Positions 48,247 through 57,078 of a DNA stretch of 64,000 nucleotides are shown here, in pieces (positions within the stretch are counted from its first letter, which is position 1; every line of letters begins with the position of its first letter). Below the pieces are notes generated by a model, which did not search any database, had not been told where the DNA came from, and saw only the letters and a list, made by a program, of their open reading frames with translations. Made by a program: the position numbers and the translations under genes. Origin of the DNA: a virus; the IMG/VR virus record IMGVR_UViG_3300030002_000007, positions 17,479-81,478 of that record, one strand, 5' to 3'.

Positions 48247-49554
48247 ATGACGCCGCTACAAAAGAAGCTACAACAAGTTCGTACAGAACTGAACAGCCTT
48301 GTGCTCGAGCGTGAAGATGAAACGACGGGCATCCTACTCAGCGTGCTATCAGGTGGCAGCGCCCTATTCTTGGGTGACGTTGGTACTGCCAAAACGATGC
48401 ACATTCAACTAGCCTCAACGATGTTGGGCATGACCAACTTCGACATCCTCATGAGCGAGACGGTGAAGCCCGAGCAAATCTTCGGGCCCACCGACATCCC
48501 GGCACTGGCCAGAGGCGTTCAGCAAACCAAGTACGTCGGCTATGCACCTGACGCGGAGATTCTGTTCTTCGACGAAATCTTCAAGGCGAACGCCACAGTG
48601 CTCAATCCCCTGCTGTGGCTGATCAACGAGCACAAGTTTCGCAATGGCGATAAGGGCGTGATGACTTGCCCTGTTCGTGCGACCTTCGCAGCCTCGAACG
48701 AGATCCCCACCGAGCCGATCCTCAAGGCGATTTATGACCGCCTGCTCTTGCGTTACAACGTGTCGTACCTGAAGGACGAGACGAGTACCCGCAAGCTGAT
48801 CGCCTCTGCCTTGTCGCCCAAAGCTAAGACCGTAGCCATCCTCACTTCGGCTGAGGTGGACGCTTTGCGTGCTCAGGTTCGCAAAGTCAAACTGCCTGAT
48901 GACGTTCGTGATGTTGCCATTCGTATTAGGCGGCAAGTTGAGATGAGCTTGCACTACCAGATTTCTGATCGCCGGTTCGTGAATGCGTTCAAGGTCATGC
49001 AAGCCTCAGCCTTGCTGAAGGGCAACGACGCCGTAGAGCTGCAGGACGTCGAAGTGTTGGCGAACATCCTGTGGAACGAGTTGGCTCACATTCCGAAAGT
49101 GCAGGCCATCGTGTATTCAAACACTTCGGGCGATACGTCAGTACTGTCGACGCTGCTCGAAGAAGCTGTGCAGATCCGCGACTCCTTGCATCAAGGCGGC
49201 AACATTCGCGGCAAGCTGCGTCGGATTCAAGCACTGTACGACACGGTCAAGCAGGCCAGCAGCCGCTACGCCAAGCAAGTCACTGTGGAAATTCGTGCCA
49301 TTGGGTTGTTCGGTCTAGGCTTGCTCACCGAGCGGAAGAAGTTCACGCTGCTCGAAGTTACGATTGCCGAGAAGACCATCTTCAAAGTCAATCAGACGAC
49401 CGCGATGGTGTGGTCAACGATGGAGCTCCGCAAGATGGGCTTCCATACCAAACGCAAGGCTAACTACTGGTACTCAGCCGAACCTATCGGCAAAATTAAG
49501 GCACGGCTGAAGAGTGTCGGTATAGAAGAAGTCATCGTCTCCAAGATGCAGTGA
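48247..49554 (+). CDS. MoxR/RavA-family AAA+ ATPase
   Basis: GDVGTAKT, PEQIFGP, FFDEIFKA, LNPLL, AASNE, YDRLLLR, ISDRR. Confidence 0.9.
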   Translation: MTPLQKKLQQVRTELNSLVLEREDETTGILLSVLSGGSALFLGDVGTAKTMHIQLASTMLGMTNFDILMSETVKPEQIFGPTDIPALARGVQQTKYVGYAPDAEILFFDEIFKANATVLNPLLWLINEHKFRNGDKGVMTCPVRATFAASNEIPTEPILKAIYDRLLLRYNVSYLKDETSTRKLIASALSPKAKTVAILTSAEVDALRAQVRKVKLPDDVRDVAIRIRRQVEMSLHYQISDRRFVNAFKVMQASALLKGNDAVELQDVEVLANILWNELAHIPKVQAIVYSNTSGDTSVLSTLLEEAVQIRDSLHQGGNIRGKLRRIQALYDTVKQASSRYAKQVTVEIRAIGLFGLGLLTERKKFTLLEVTIAEKTIFKVNQTTAMVWSTMELRKMGFHTKRKANYWYSAEPIGKIKARLKSVGIEEVIVSKMQ

Positions 49555-49561
49555 GGCTATC

Positions 49562-51946
49562 ATGGAAATGTTCCCCGAACAGGCACGCAGTTGTGTGTAT
49601 CGCCTAGTGAAGCACTTCGGAGCAGGCGTGTTTCAGATCCCGCTCTTTTTCTTTGACGGCAATCCACGACTGGTTGCCTACACTGGCATCAACGGCATTG
49701 GGTTGAATCGCAGCCTTCTCCGCACCGACCCATCAAGGCTCGACAAGTACGTGATGCACGAGATTTTCCATGACGTAGTTAGTGATGTGCATTTGACGCA
49801 CCGCTTCTCCGCTGAAATCATGAACTACGCGGAAGACTACAAAATCAACCAGCTCGGTGACGTGCTGTATGGTCACAACTTTAAGGCAAGGCCGCATCCT
49901 GGTCTGCGTGACAAGCGGTACGACAAGCTGTCATTGAAGGCACTGGCTACGCACCTGACGAAAATTCCGCTGCCGAAGACTATGCTCAAGCTGTCGCAGA
50001 AGCCCGGCGTCAACCACACGCTTCACCCTGCGTTGCAGAACCTCGTAGCTAAGCTGCGCCTCGAACTCAGTCAAACGCCGTTGGGCAAATCCATCGGTAT
50101 CACGCCCTTGCATGAGGTCGTGATTCTGTCCGACGATGAGCAGCAGGTTTATTTCAATGTAATGAGCAGTGCCCACAAGAAGTTTGTGTTTGACCAACTG
50201 CCCAATGTCGAACCGATGCTGTTGGTGCAGGGTCTGTTCGGTCGTTTGCATTCGATGTACCCCGCATACAATCGATCAGTGATTGGAGCCAAGCTCACGC
50301 AGACTCAAGCCCTAGTGCTCGGCCCGTCATTAGCCAAGTACGACTTCGCTATTGGTGATCCGCAGTTCGCCATGAGTACTGCCTTGCGCCTAGTTACGAA
50401 ACTGAACTCGGCGCGTGACGTTATCAAGTCCTTGATCTACCACCAAGGGGACCGCCTCCAGAAGTTGTATGATCGCCAAAGTGATATACGCTACAAACTA
50501 AAGGACCTCAAGGCGTCGAAGAATGTATCACCCGTGCTCAAGTCGGTGCGAACGGATCGATTCCTTCTGCGCTTGGAAGCGTTGAAGGCCTCCATTCAAC
50601 ATGCTCATGAACGTATCACGATGCTGGATGAACTACCTGCGTTCATCGATGTGTTGAAAACGGCACCACTTGTTACCTCGTACTCGACTTCAGGAAGAAC
50701 GCCGTCACTGGCAGTAAAGATTCGATCAGAATTATCGCGGCCGTCGTTCCAGCACACCCACATACTCATTCGCATGTGCAACCTCATAATCAACAATGAG
50801 CTCAAACGCATGGCCGTAGTGAAGGAGCTCACGGACAGCATAGACGATGAATTCCCCGAAATGGGAGAGGAAGATCCTGACGAGCCCGAAGAGGCGTCAC
50901 CTGAAGATGACATTGACGACACCCCTACAAAGAAAGACAAGGAAGCCCCTCAAGCGACAGACGAGGACGAGGGTGATGAAGATGAACCCGAAGACGCCAG
51001 TTCGGGTTCGGGTGGTTCGCCCCAAGACGGAGACGGAGACAATGCAGACCCTGACACTGACGCCACTGGCAGTGGGGGCGAAGCTGACGATGACCAGTCA
51101 GACGAAGAACCTAGTGATCTGAATGTGGACGGAAGTGCGGGTGAGGGCAAAGGGCAAGGTAGTCAGTCGGGCGTGTCACACAAGCTCAAAGTAATTGACG
51201 AGCTCGCAGCCAACCCCTCTCTGTTCCGAGCCATACTTCGAGCAGCACATGACTTCGGAGAGAAGCTCACCTCAGCATCGTCACGAAAGGAGAACCCGAA
51301 CGGGCTTCTTGATCGGAGCTTGACGAATGGCAATGACCTGAGTCGAGTCACTCAGTCCGATTTGGGCAGGCTCGGCAATAAGCTAACCAAGCTGTCGTTT
51401 CTGGCCGACCTCGCTAACGGCAACCTGCTGCAGTACGTTGATATTGACCCTCGCCGTAGTCCTGTGGTGCTGTTGCTCGACGCCTCAGGCTCCATGATGA
51501 GTGACGGTTTCTACGTCATGGCTGTCGGGTTTTGCTTAGCGTTGATTCGCAAGCTGCAAGACGCCAAGCGAGGTGTGGTGCTAATCATGTTCGCCAGTGG
51601 CATCGATCACGTAATGGTTTGGGACAAGATGGAGCAGGTGCCACTTCTGACGTTACTGCGCACGGTTGCCACTCCGTCAAGTGGCGGCACGGTGTTTGAT
51701 ACGGCGTTGCGTGCTGGCTACAAGCAGATCGCTGATCGACATTGGAACCAGGCACAGGTGCTGCTAGTGTCCGACGGAGGCGGGTGCATTAGCCCTGAAG
51801 TGGCGATGGAGAAACCCAAGAATGTCACGCTGACTGCGGTGCTAGTTGATAGGAATGCCCACATTGAAGGGGCCGACATGGAAATACACACCAAGCTGCA
51901 AGGCACCGAGCTGAGCTTGATTTCAGCAGGTCGCGCCGTCCTTTAG
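49562..51946 (+). CDS. vWA-domain protein with N-terminal HExxH metallopeptidase-like domain (ViaA/CoxE-like partner)
   Basis: MHEIFH..H...NYAED..IN; acidic linker; MIDAS DASGSM, SGGT, VSDG. Confidence 0.85.
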   Translation: MEMFPEQARSCVYRLVKHFGAGVFQIPLFFFDGNPRLVAYTGINGIGLNRSLLRTDPSRLDKYVMHEIFHDVVSDVHLTHRFSAEIMNYAEDYKINQLGDVLYGHNFKARPHPGLRDKRYDKLSLKALATHLTKIPLPKTMLKLSQKPGVNHTLHPALQNLVAKLRLELSQTPLGKSIGITPLHEVVILSDDEQQVYFNVMSSAHKKFVFDQLPNVEPMLLVQGLFGRLHSMYPAYNRSVIGAKLTQTQALVLGPSLAKYDFAIGDPQFAMSTALRLVTKLNSARDVIKSLIYHQGDRLQKLYDRQSDIRYKLKDLKASKNVSPVLKSVRTDRFLLRLEALKASIQHAHERITMLDELPAFIDVLKTAPLVTSYSTSGRTPSLAVKIRSELSRPSFQHTHILIRMCNLIINNELKRMAVVKELTDSIDDEFPEMGEEDPDEPEEASPEDDIDDTPTKKDKEAPQATDEDEGDEDEPEDASSGSGGSPQDGDGDNADPDTDATGSGGEADDDQSDEEPSDLNVDGSAGEGKGQGSQSGVSHKLKVIDELAANPSLFRAILRAAHDFGEKLTSASSRKENPNGLLDRSLTNGNDLSRVTQSDLGRLGNKLTKLSFLADLANGNLLQYVDIDPRRSPVVLLLDASGSMMSDGFYVMAVGFCLALIRKLQDAKRGVVLIMFASGIDHVMVWDKMEQVPLLTLLRTVATPSSGGTVFDTALRAGYKQIADRHWNQAQVLLVSDGGGCISPEVAMEKPKNVTLTAVLVDRNAHIEGADMEIHTKLQGTELSLISAGRAVL

Positions 51947-51957
51947 GAGTCAAGTTC

Positions 51958-52248
51958 ATGAATGTAAATAAAGCCGCACAGACGGGGTTGGCCTTTGGCT
52001 GCACCTCTGAGCAAATCATCAACTACTTCCGATACAGTAGCAAGTCGGACATGGCACTCGCGATGTCGATGTATGCGATCCTGCATAAGCCAACTCCGTC
52101 TTGCTGGAGGCCTTACGTCAACACCTCAGCCATATGCGACGCCTACTATAGCCGTACGTTTGGTGAATTCAAGTTTCATGCAATACCCAAACCCGATCGT
52201 CTATACGAGACGGTGATCGCATCGCACCTGCAGCATCTGTTTTCTTAA
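51958..52248 (+). CDS. hypothetical protein
   Basis: RBS AGGAG. Confidence 0.55.
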   Translation: MNVNKAAQTGLAFGCTSEQIINYFRYSSKSDMALAMSMYAILHKPTPSCWRPYVNTSAICDAYYSRTFGEFKFHAIPKPDRLYETVIASHLQHLFS

Positions 52249-52277
52249 CCCGTAATTTCATCCATAGGAGTTTCAAC

Positions 52278-52601
52278 ATGAACGTCGTAGTCCTGTATCT
52301 CATCTCCGGTCAAGTCATCATCGGCAAACTGGAAGGCATGATCCTCAGTGCCCCGTTTGAATTGCTGGCTTCCCCGTCACCACAGGGAGTTCGCGTCTCC
52401 CTTCTCGCATTCGGCTCCCTCTTCGGCGCTCTTGCCCCGATCCCCCAACTCGACCTGAACGAGCTGCCGATCCTTTGCAATCCGGTGGAGGCTCCTGCTC
52501 ACTTGGTTGCTGAATACACGAAGATCACCACCGGCATCATGCTGCCTACTCCGAACGGCAATATGAGCAAGGGAGGCTTGACTCTGGTTCCGGGGGCTTG
52601 A
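52278..52601 (+). CDS. small beta-rich protein, possibly Sm-like
   Basis: LISGQVIIGK...P...YTKITTGIMLP pattern. Confidence 0.5.
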   Translation: MNVVVLYLISGQVIIGKLEGMILSAPFELLASPSPQGVRVSLLAFGSLFGALAPIPQLDLNELPILCNPVEAPAHLVAEYTKITTGIMLPTPNGNMSKGGLTLVPGA

Positions 52602-52602
52602 T

Positions 52603-52830
52603 ATGGTCATGAAGAAAGCTACCGATGTGTGTCCGCATCACAATTCTGTGTTCCGGATGTGCACCAAATGCTTCGCGGAAAAGAACGCAGTCGAAGACGT
52701 ACAGCACATCGAAGACTACATGCCCTTGGTAGCTCAGATGGGTGATGTGCGTCAGTCACTGACTGAAGAAGTACCTCAAGAACTCTTCGAGGCTATGAAG
52801 ACGGAACCGCAAATCAATATTCCGCAGTAA
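52603..52830 (+). CDS. hypothetical protein
   Basis: Coupled ORF. Confidence 0.55.
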   Translation: MVMKKATDVCPHHNSVFRMCTKCFAEKNAVEDVQHIEDYMPLVAQMGDVRQSLTEEVPQELFEAMKTEPQINIPQ

Positions 52831-52972
52831 CCGATTTCTCAACTCAAAGAAAGGAGTACCATAGCGATCCTGCCCTTTCGGGGTGGCAAGCAAAGACTCG
52901 GATGTGCTTCACTGTAGTGCTTTCGTTCAACATCCGAGCCTAAGTCCAACACAACCTAAGAAGGAGTCAACG

Positions 52973-53647
52973 ATGACTACCTACATTCCCTCAATGTCAC
53001 AGTATCATTTCGACGGTCGCGTGTTCCGCAAAAGAAAGTGGTCACCGGCTCCGTATTTACTAACCCTGTTTTTCTTTTGTTGTATGTCGTATTCGTATTC
53101 GGCTACACCTGAACAAATGCCCGAGCAAGAGCGTGTGGCGTTTGTCAGTCCTGCGGACGCAGAACCTCCAGCAGCTCAGGTGTTACCCGAAGCTACCGAG
53201 TACATCCTATCGGTCAATTCTTCTCTCGGCAAAGCTGACGCGTCTGCGTTCGCAAGGCATATCATTGATGCCGCCGAGGTGTTCAAGCTTGACTTGTCTC
53301 TGCTACTGGCAATCATCACGGTTGAGTCTCGATTCAATCCTGATGCAATGTCGAAGGCGGGTGCAGTAGGACTTACTCAGGTCATCCCCAAATGGCATGG
53401 TAGCAAAATCAAAGCAGCACGAGTGGTCACAGATGCGTATAGCTTGTTTGAACCCAAGCTCAACATCTATGTCGGTGCAGGTGCGTTGTCAGAGCTGCTG
53501 GACTCTACAGCCAACAACGTCGCACTGAGCCTGTCGAAATACAACGGCAGTGCAGGTGATGCCAGTAGGGCATACGCTAATCGCGTGATAGCTGAGGCTA
53601 AGAAAGCTCGTGTGTATTTGAATGGTAGCTTGCAGGCCAAACTGTAA
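52973..53647 (+). CDS. SLT-family lytic transglycosylase with N-terminal hydrophobic segment
   Basis: AIITVESRFNPDAMSKAGAVGLTQV, NIYVGA, YNG. Confidence 0.9.
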   Translation: MTTYIPSMSQYHFDGRVFRKRKWSPAPYLLTLFFFCCMSYSYSATPEQMPEQERVAFVSPADAEPPAAQVLPEATEYILSVNSSLGKADASAFARHIIDAAEVFKLDLSLLLAIITVESRFNPDAMSKAGAVGLTQVIPKWHGSKIKAARVVTDAYSLFEPKLNIYVGAGALSELLDSTANNVALSLSKYNGSAGDASRAYANRVIAEAKKARVYLNGSLQAKL

Positions 53648-53843
53648 ATACCATGAAACGAAACGGAGCCTGTCATCTCAAGGCAGGTTCCGTTACAAAT
53701 TTTCGGAGCAGAGAAATGCTGCTCTGTGGTAGGGCCGACGTAGTCTTTCATTCAACCTTTTGTGGAGGTATCTCGTATATGGCGAATCGCGACAAGCCCA
53801 AGAAGGAAGCAAAGAAGCCGAAGAAGGATCCGGTCAAGAAGTA

Positions 53844-54074
53844 ATGGCTAAGCTCTATCGGATTCGGACGTCAGACGGCGTGGTGGGATGTATTGCAGCT
53901 ACAAGCGAAGACGTAGCCAGAGCCTACGCGATTGGTAAATACGATGCAGGTGCCGAAGTGGAGCGTGTGACGGTTAAGGCCGCACTTTCCGTTACCGGTG
54001 TCTGTGTCCTAGTATCCAGTCACGTGGTTGTGCATTCGTCCACTACACCAAAGGCCTTCCGGGTCATAGAATGA
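53844..54074 (+). CDS. hypothetical protein
   Basis: Coupled to a 21-aa Lys-rich ORF. Confidence 0.55.
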   Translation: MAKLYRIRTSDGVVGCIAATSEDVARAYAIGKYDAGAEVERVTVKAALSVTGVCVLVSSHVVVHSSTTPKAFRVIE

Positions 54075-54379
54075 CAAGCACCGCGCCAACGCCTAAGCCG
54101 TACTCGACCGCACAGTTCAAGGCTGTGCTTGGCCGATAACGGCTCGAGGCCTACAACTCATATTGATACCTCTCGCATGAGGGGTATGGGTGTTAAGTAC
54201 TACACGCTACATATTACGTCCTAACTTTCGCGTTGGAGTTTCGGCCGGAACGAAAACCAAAGACCTAGGCTAAATTGCTGTAGCTGCGTACTTTTGAAAC
54301 CCACAACTGCTTTACCCGATCTGTCCGAGCGCACATGTCGCATAAAGGTTGATCGATGTTTTTTTAGTGAGGTGCCGTT

Positions 54380-54850
54380 TTGGATATGACTGTGTATCAC
54401 GGAACAGACCTTATGTTCTCTGAGTTCCGTTTCGACGTAGCAGCTCCACCTAATGGCGCAAGCAATGGTTACTTGGGTGTGTGGTTATCGAAAACCCCAA
54501 GGCTAGCCGAGAGATTCGGTCAGTACTGCCTGACAGTCTCAGCGCATGTTGGTCGCACGTATTCTATGCCCCTTACCGAGCTGGTTCGGTTGCATGATGA
54601 AGTACAAAGTCGTGTGCGCCAGCGCAGTGCTGATGCGGATCTAGCTGTTATCGAGCGGGACTTCTACGCAAGCGTGCACATTAAGCTCCTTGGTGGGGGT
54701 TTCGATTTTATCGACATAGTTGAGGATTCAGGTCGGGTACATATGTGCGTTGGGTTGGTTACTGCGAACCTTACCATCCTCAGTCGCACTTCCGATCACG
54801 TAGCCGACCCGACACGTTCGGTTAGGTCGTTAACAGCATTCAACATTTAA
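54380..54850 (+). CDS. ADP-ribosyltransferase-like (H-Y-E clade / ART-PolyVal-like) protein
   Basis: VYHGT..FSEF...GYLGVWLS...AERF...GFD.I. Confidence 0.55.
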   Translation: MDMTVYHGTDLMFSEFRFDVAAPPNGASNGYLGVWLSKTPRLAERFGQYCLTVSAHVGRTYSMPLTELVRLHDEVQSRVRQRSADADLAVIERDFYASVHIKLLGGGFDFIDIVEDSGRVHMCVGLVTANLTILSRTSDHVADPTRSVRSLTAFNI

Positions 54851-54854
54851 GGGC

Positions 54855-54962
54855 GGGCGCTCAGCGTTAGTTCCGAGCCAAGCTGAAGGCTTCAAACATA
54901 ATCCCACAAGAGCCGGAGTGGGAAGCCGGTTGCGAACCCGGTAGACCTCATTTCGAGCGCCC
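54855..54962 (+). ncRNA. putative structured RNA
   Basis: Closing stem GGGCGCTC/GAGCGCCC; hairpins TCCCAC/GTGGGA and GCCGG-TTGCGAAC-CCGGT. Confidence 0.45.
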
Positions 54963-55000
54963 AAGGCATGGCCTACCAGAGCTACTTGGGTGACTAAGGC

Positions 55001-55077
55001 GGCCCCATAGCTTAGTGGTTAGAGCGGCGAGGTGAAAATAGTACTCGTAGACGGAGGTTCGATTCCTCTTGGGGCCG
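55001..55077 (+). tRNA. tRNA-like gene with a 12-nt anticodon loop (Phe-GAA-like or non-decoding)
   Basis: GGCCCCA/TGGGGCC acceptor; D arm GCTT-AGTGGTTA-GAGC; AC stem GCGAG/CTCGT; T arm GGAGG-TTCGATT-CCTCT; no encoded CCA. Confidence 0.75.
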
Positions 55078-55090
55078 CACGAACATTTTG

Positions 55091-55380
55091 AAGTCTTAGG
55101 TCAGCGCCGGCGTGGATTGGACACGCTAAGCACGATGCAGAAACACGGAATTGTCACCGCATGCAAGCTCTGCAATCAACAGGGATGGATTTCCCCAAGA
55201 TAGTCAACTTGCTAGACGCGGCCCTCGGCATTTTACGAGTGCTTCCGAAGCGGGTATTCGACAACTGCGAAGGTGTGTATAGGAAAATTACATGGGCCCT
55301 GTGGACGCACATCCCTGTGGAGGCCGCTGCCTAGTGTGCGGCTGATCGGGTATCAAGCCCCGAGCGCTGACCTAAGACTT
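55091..55380 (+). ncRNA. 290-nt tRNA-scaffolded ncRNA
   Basis: 17-bp perfect terminal stem, D-like hairpin, T-like arm with 8-nt loop, ~200-nt structured insert. Confidence 0.7.
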
Positions 55381-55392
55381 TTTTTGTGGAGT

Positions 55393-55734
55393 ATGGCAAT
55401 GACAATCGTAACCAAAGCAGCAACACCAGATTACCTTTCTGGTCATGAGCGTATTTGGGGCAGCAAGAAGAACAGCCTGATTGATTTCAAGGTGGTCTGT
55501 GATGCCTCTAATCAAGATCCCCTGGATACGGCACCTCAGCCGGTGCGACTTGGAACCAAGGTCATTATTGATGGCGTGCCTAAGGTGTTTACCGAACAAG
55601 AGTGGGTGCCGAGTAAGAAGGAAGAAGTAACTTCGTTCGGTGGGCCGAGTAAGACAATAACCCTCCGCACCGAAGACATATTGCCTCTTCCCACGAGCGC
55701 GGAAGATGGCGTCACCAAGTCGCTGGATGACTAA
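55393..55734 (+). CDS. hypothetical protein
   Basis: ORF coupled to the next gene. Confidence 0.6.
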   Translation: MAMTIVTKAATPDYLSGHERIWGSKKNSLIDFKVVCDASNQDPLDTAPQPVRLGTKVIIDGVPKVFTEQEWVPSKKEEVTSFGGPSKTITLRTEDILPLPTSAEDGVTKSLDD

Positions 55735-56126
55735 TGCGCCTGTGGATGGTTGATCCTCGGTTCATGTGCAGGAAACACTTGTTGGGTGAGCATGTTGAGT
55801 GTCACATGTTCGTCGGCTCCATACTCAAGGGTACGTCGATGAATGGATACTTGGCTGACGGCTTCTTGGAGATCGAGAGCCTTCGCAGCCGCCACGAAGA
55901 ACTTGCAGCTGAGCTAGTGCGTAGGAATTACAACCACGCATCGCCGCTGCCTGATTTCTCAGTGGAACGATTCTCCGTTCACCAACTCACAATTCGTATT
56001 GACCGCAGTAAATCGCTGGCGCTCCTCCATGATCGGTGTCTAGGGTGTGCCACTAACTATAACGTAGGAGACGTTGATGGAGTTATCGAAAGATCACGAA
56101 GGCGCCATAATAAGGGCCTTGGTTGA
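55734..56126 (+). CDS. pyrimidine-dimer DNA glycosylase / T4 endonuclease V-like
   Basis: MRLWMVDP..MCRKHLLGEH.ECH...RHEEL..EL.RR.YNH. Confidence 0.8.
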   Translation: MRLWMVDPRFMCRKHLLGEHVECHMFVGSILKGTSMNGYLADGFLEIESLRSRHEELAAELVRRNYNHASPLPDFSVERFSVHQLTIRIDRSKSLALLHDRCLGCATNYNVGDVDGVIERSRRRHNKGLG

Positions 56127-57048
56127 CGAAGAAGACGGTCTTGACTTTACCGAGCTGTTTGATTCAGCCAACATCTTTGAAGAGCGCCGTGAGCTGTCGA
56201 TGGCCCTTCATGCCATGATTCAGCAAGGCACCGTGTATAAGAGAGGCGAGCAGTATTTCGCCACTGATCTGAGTGCTACTCCGAAGCCTGCAGTCGCTGC
56301 AGCTCAGGAAGCATCCGACGATGACGATGAAGACACAGAGTCCGACGAGGCTGAAAATATTCCTCCGGTGTCGAAGCGCGTTGAGTCTATCAGGGAGGCA
56401 GCAAATCGCATAGCTGCCGCTTCTACTAAGATGCCTCCCAAGTTTCCTGTCCTGAAGCAAGGCAATCTTCGTCGTACAATCGGTAATCAGATCGCCTTCG
56501 TGCTTTATCGCTACCGCAACGAAGACTACAGCCTGCCGGTCTCTCGCATCAAGGACTCCCTCCGGGATCAGCCCACCGGCCTCTATAAGGCGTTGCTCAA
56601 TCTCACTGAGGCTGGGTACATCAAGCGCTTCGGTACCGGCAGGGCCACTTCCTACAAGTGGTCAGGTGAGTACAAGTATCCGTTCGCAGACGTTCGGGCT
56701 GAAGACGAGACGTATTGCAAAATCCTTCCCAAGAGCGAACGGGGTGCCTCGTCGCTGGCGATCTCCATGACTATACCCGGTAAGGTTGAAGCTCCGGCAG
56801 TTGTAGAGACTGATGAAAAGGAAGAGAAGAAGATTCTGTTCATCATTCCTTCTGACCCGGTGGCTGAGTTTCCTGTCACAGCCTCGCAGTCCCTGCCGAC
56901 TTCGCCAGCCAACACTCCGCATTGCTCTCCGAGCCTTGCGGCTATCGATGCACAGATTCAAAGCTGCAAAGAACATCTTAGCTTCCTGCAAGAGCTTCGA
57001 GCAACCATGCTTCGTGAGTTGTGTGCTCCCTGCAAGAAGTCCGCGTAG
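56077..57048 (+). CDS. hypothetical protein with two probable winged-helix domains
   Basis: LHAMIQQGTVYK and LLNLTEAGYIKR patterns. Confidence 0.65.
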   Translation: MELSKDHEGAIIRALVDEEDGLDFTELFDSANIFEERRELSMALHAMIQQGTVYKRGEQYFATDLSATPKPAVAAAQEASDDDDEDTESDEAENIPPVSKRVESIREAANRIAAASTKMPPKFPVLKQGNLRRTIGNQIAFVLYRYRNEDYSLPVSRIKDSLRDQPTGLYKALLNLTEAGYIKRFGTGRATSYKWSGEYKYPFADVRAEDETYCKILPKSERGASSLAISMTIPGKVEAPAVVETDEKEEKKILFIIPSDPVAEFPVTASQSLPTSPANTPHCSPSLAAIDAQIQSCKEHLSFLQELRATMLRELCAPCKKSA

Positions 57049-57078
57049 CATTTCGGTGGTAGTTTAAGTTAAAACAGC

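Noticed and set aside
55091-55380. tmRNA
   Set aside because: No G3-U70 alanine acceptor, a paired D-like arm is present, the T loop is non-canonical and no clear tag ORF was seen.
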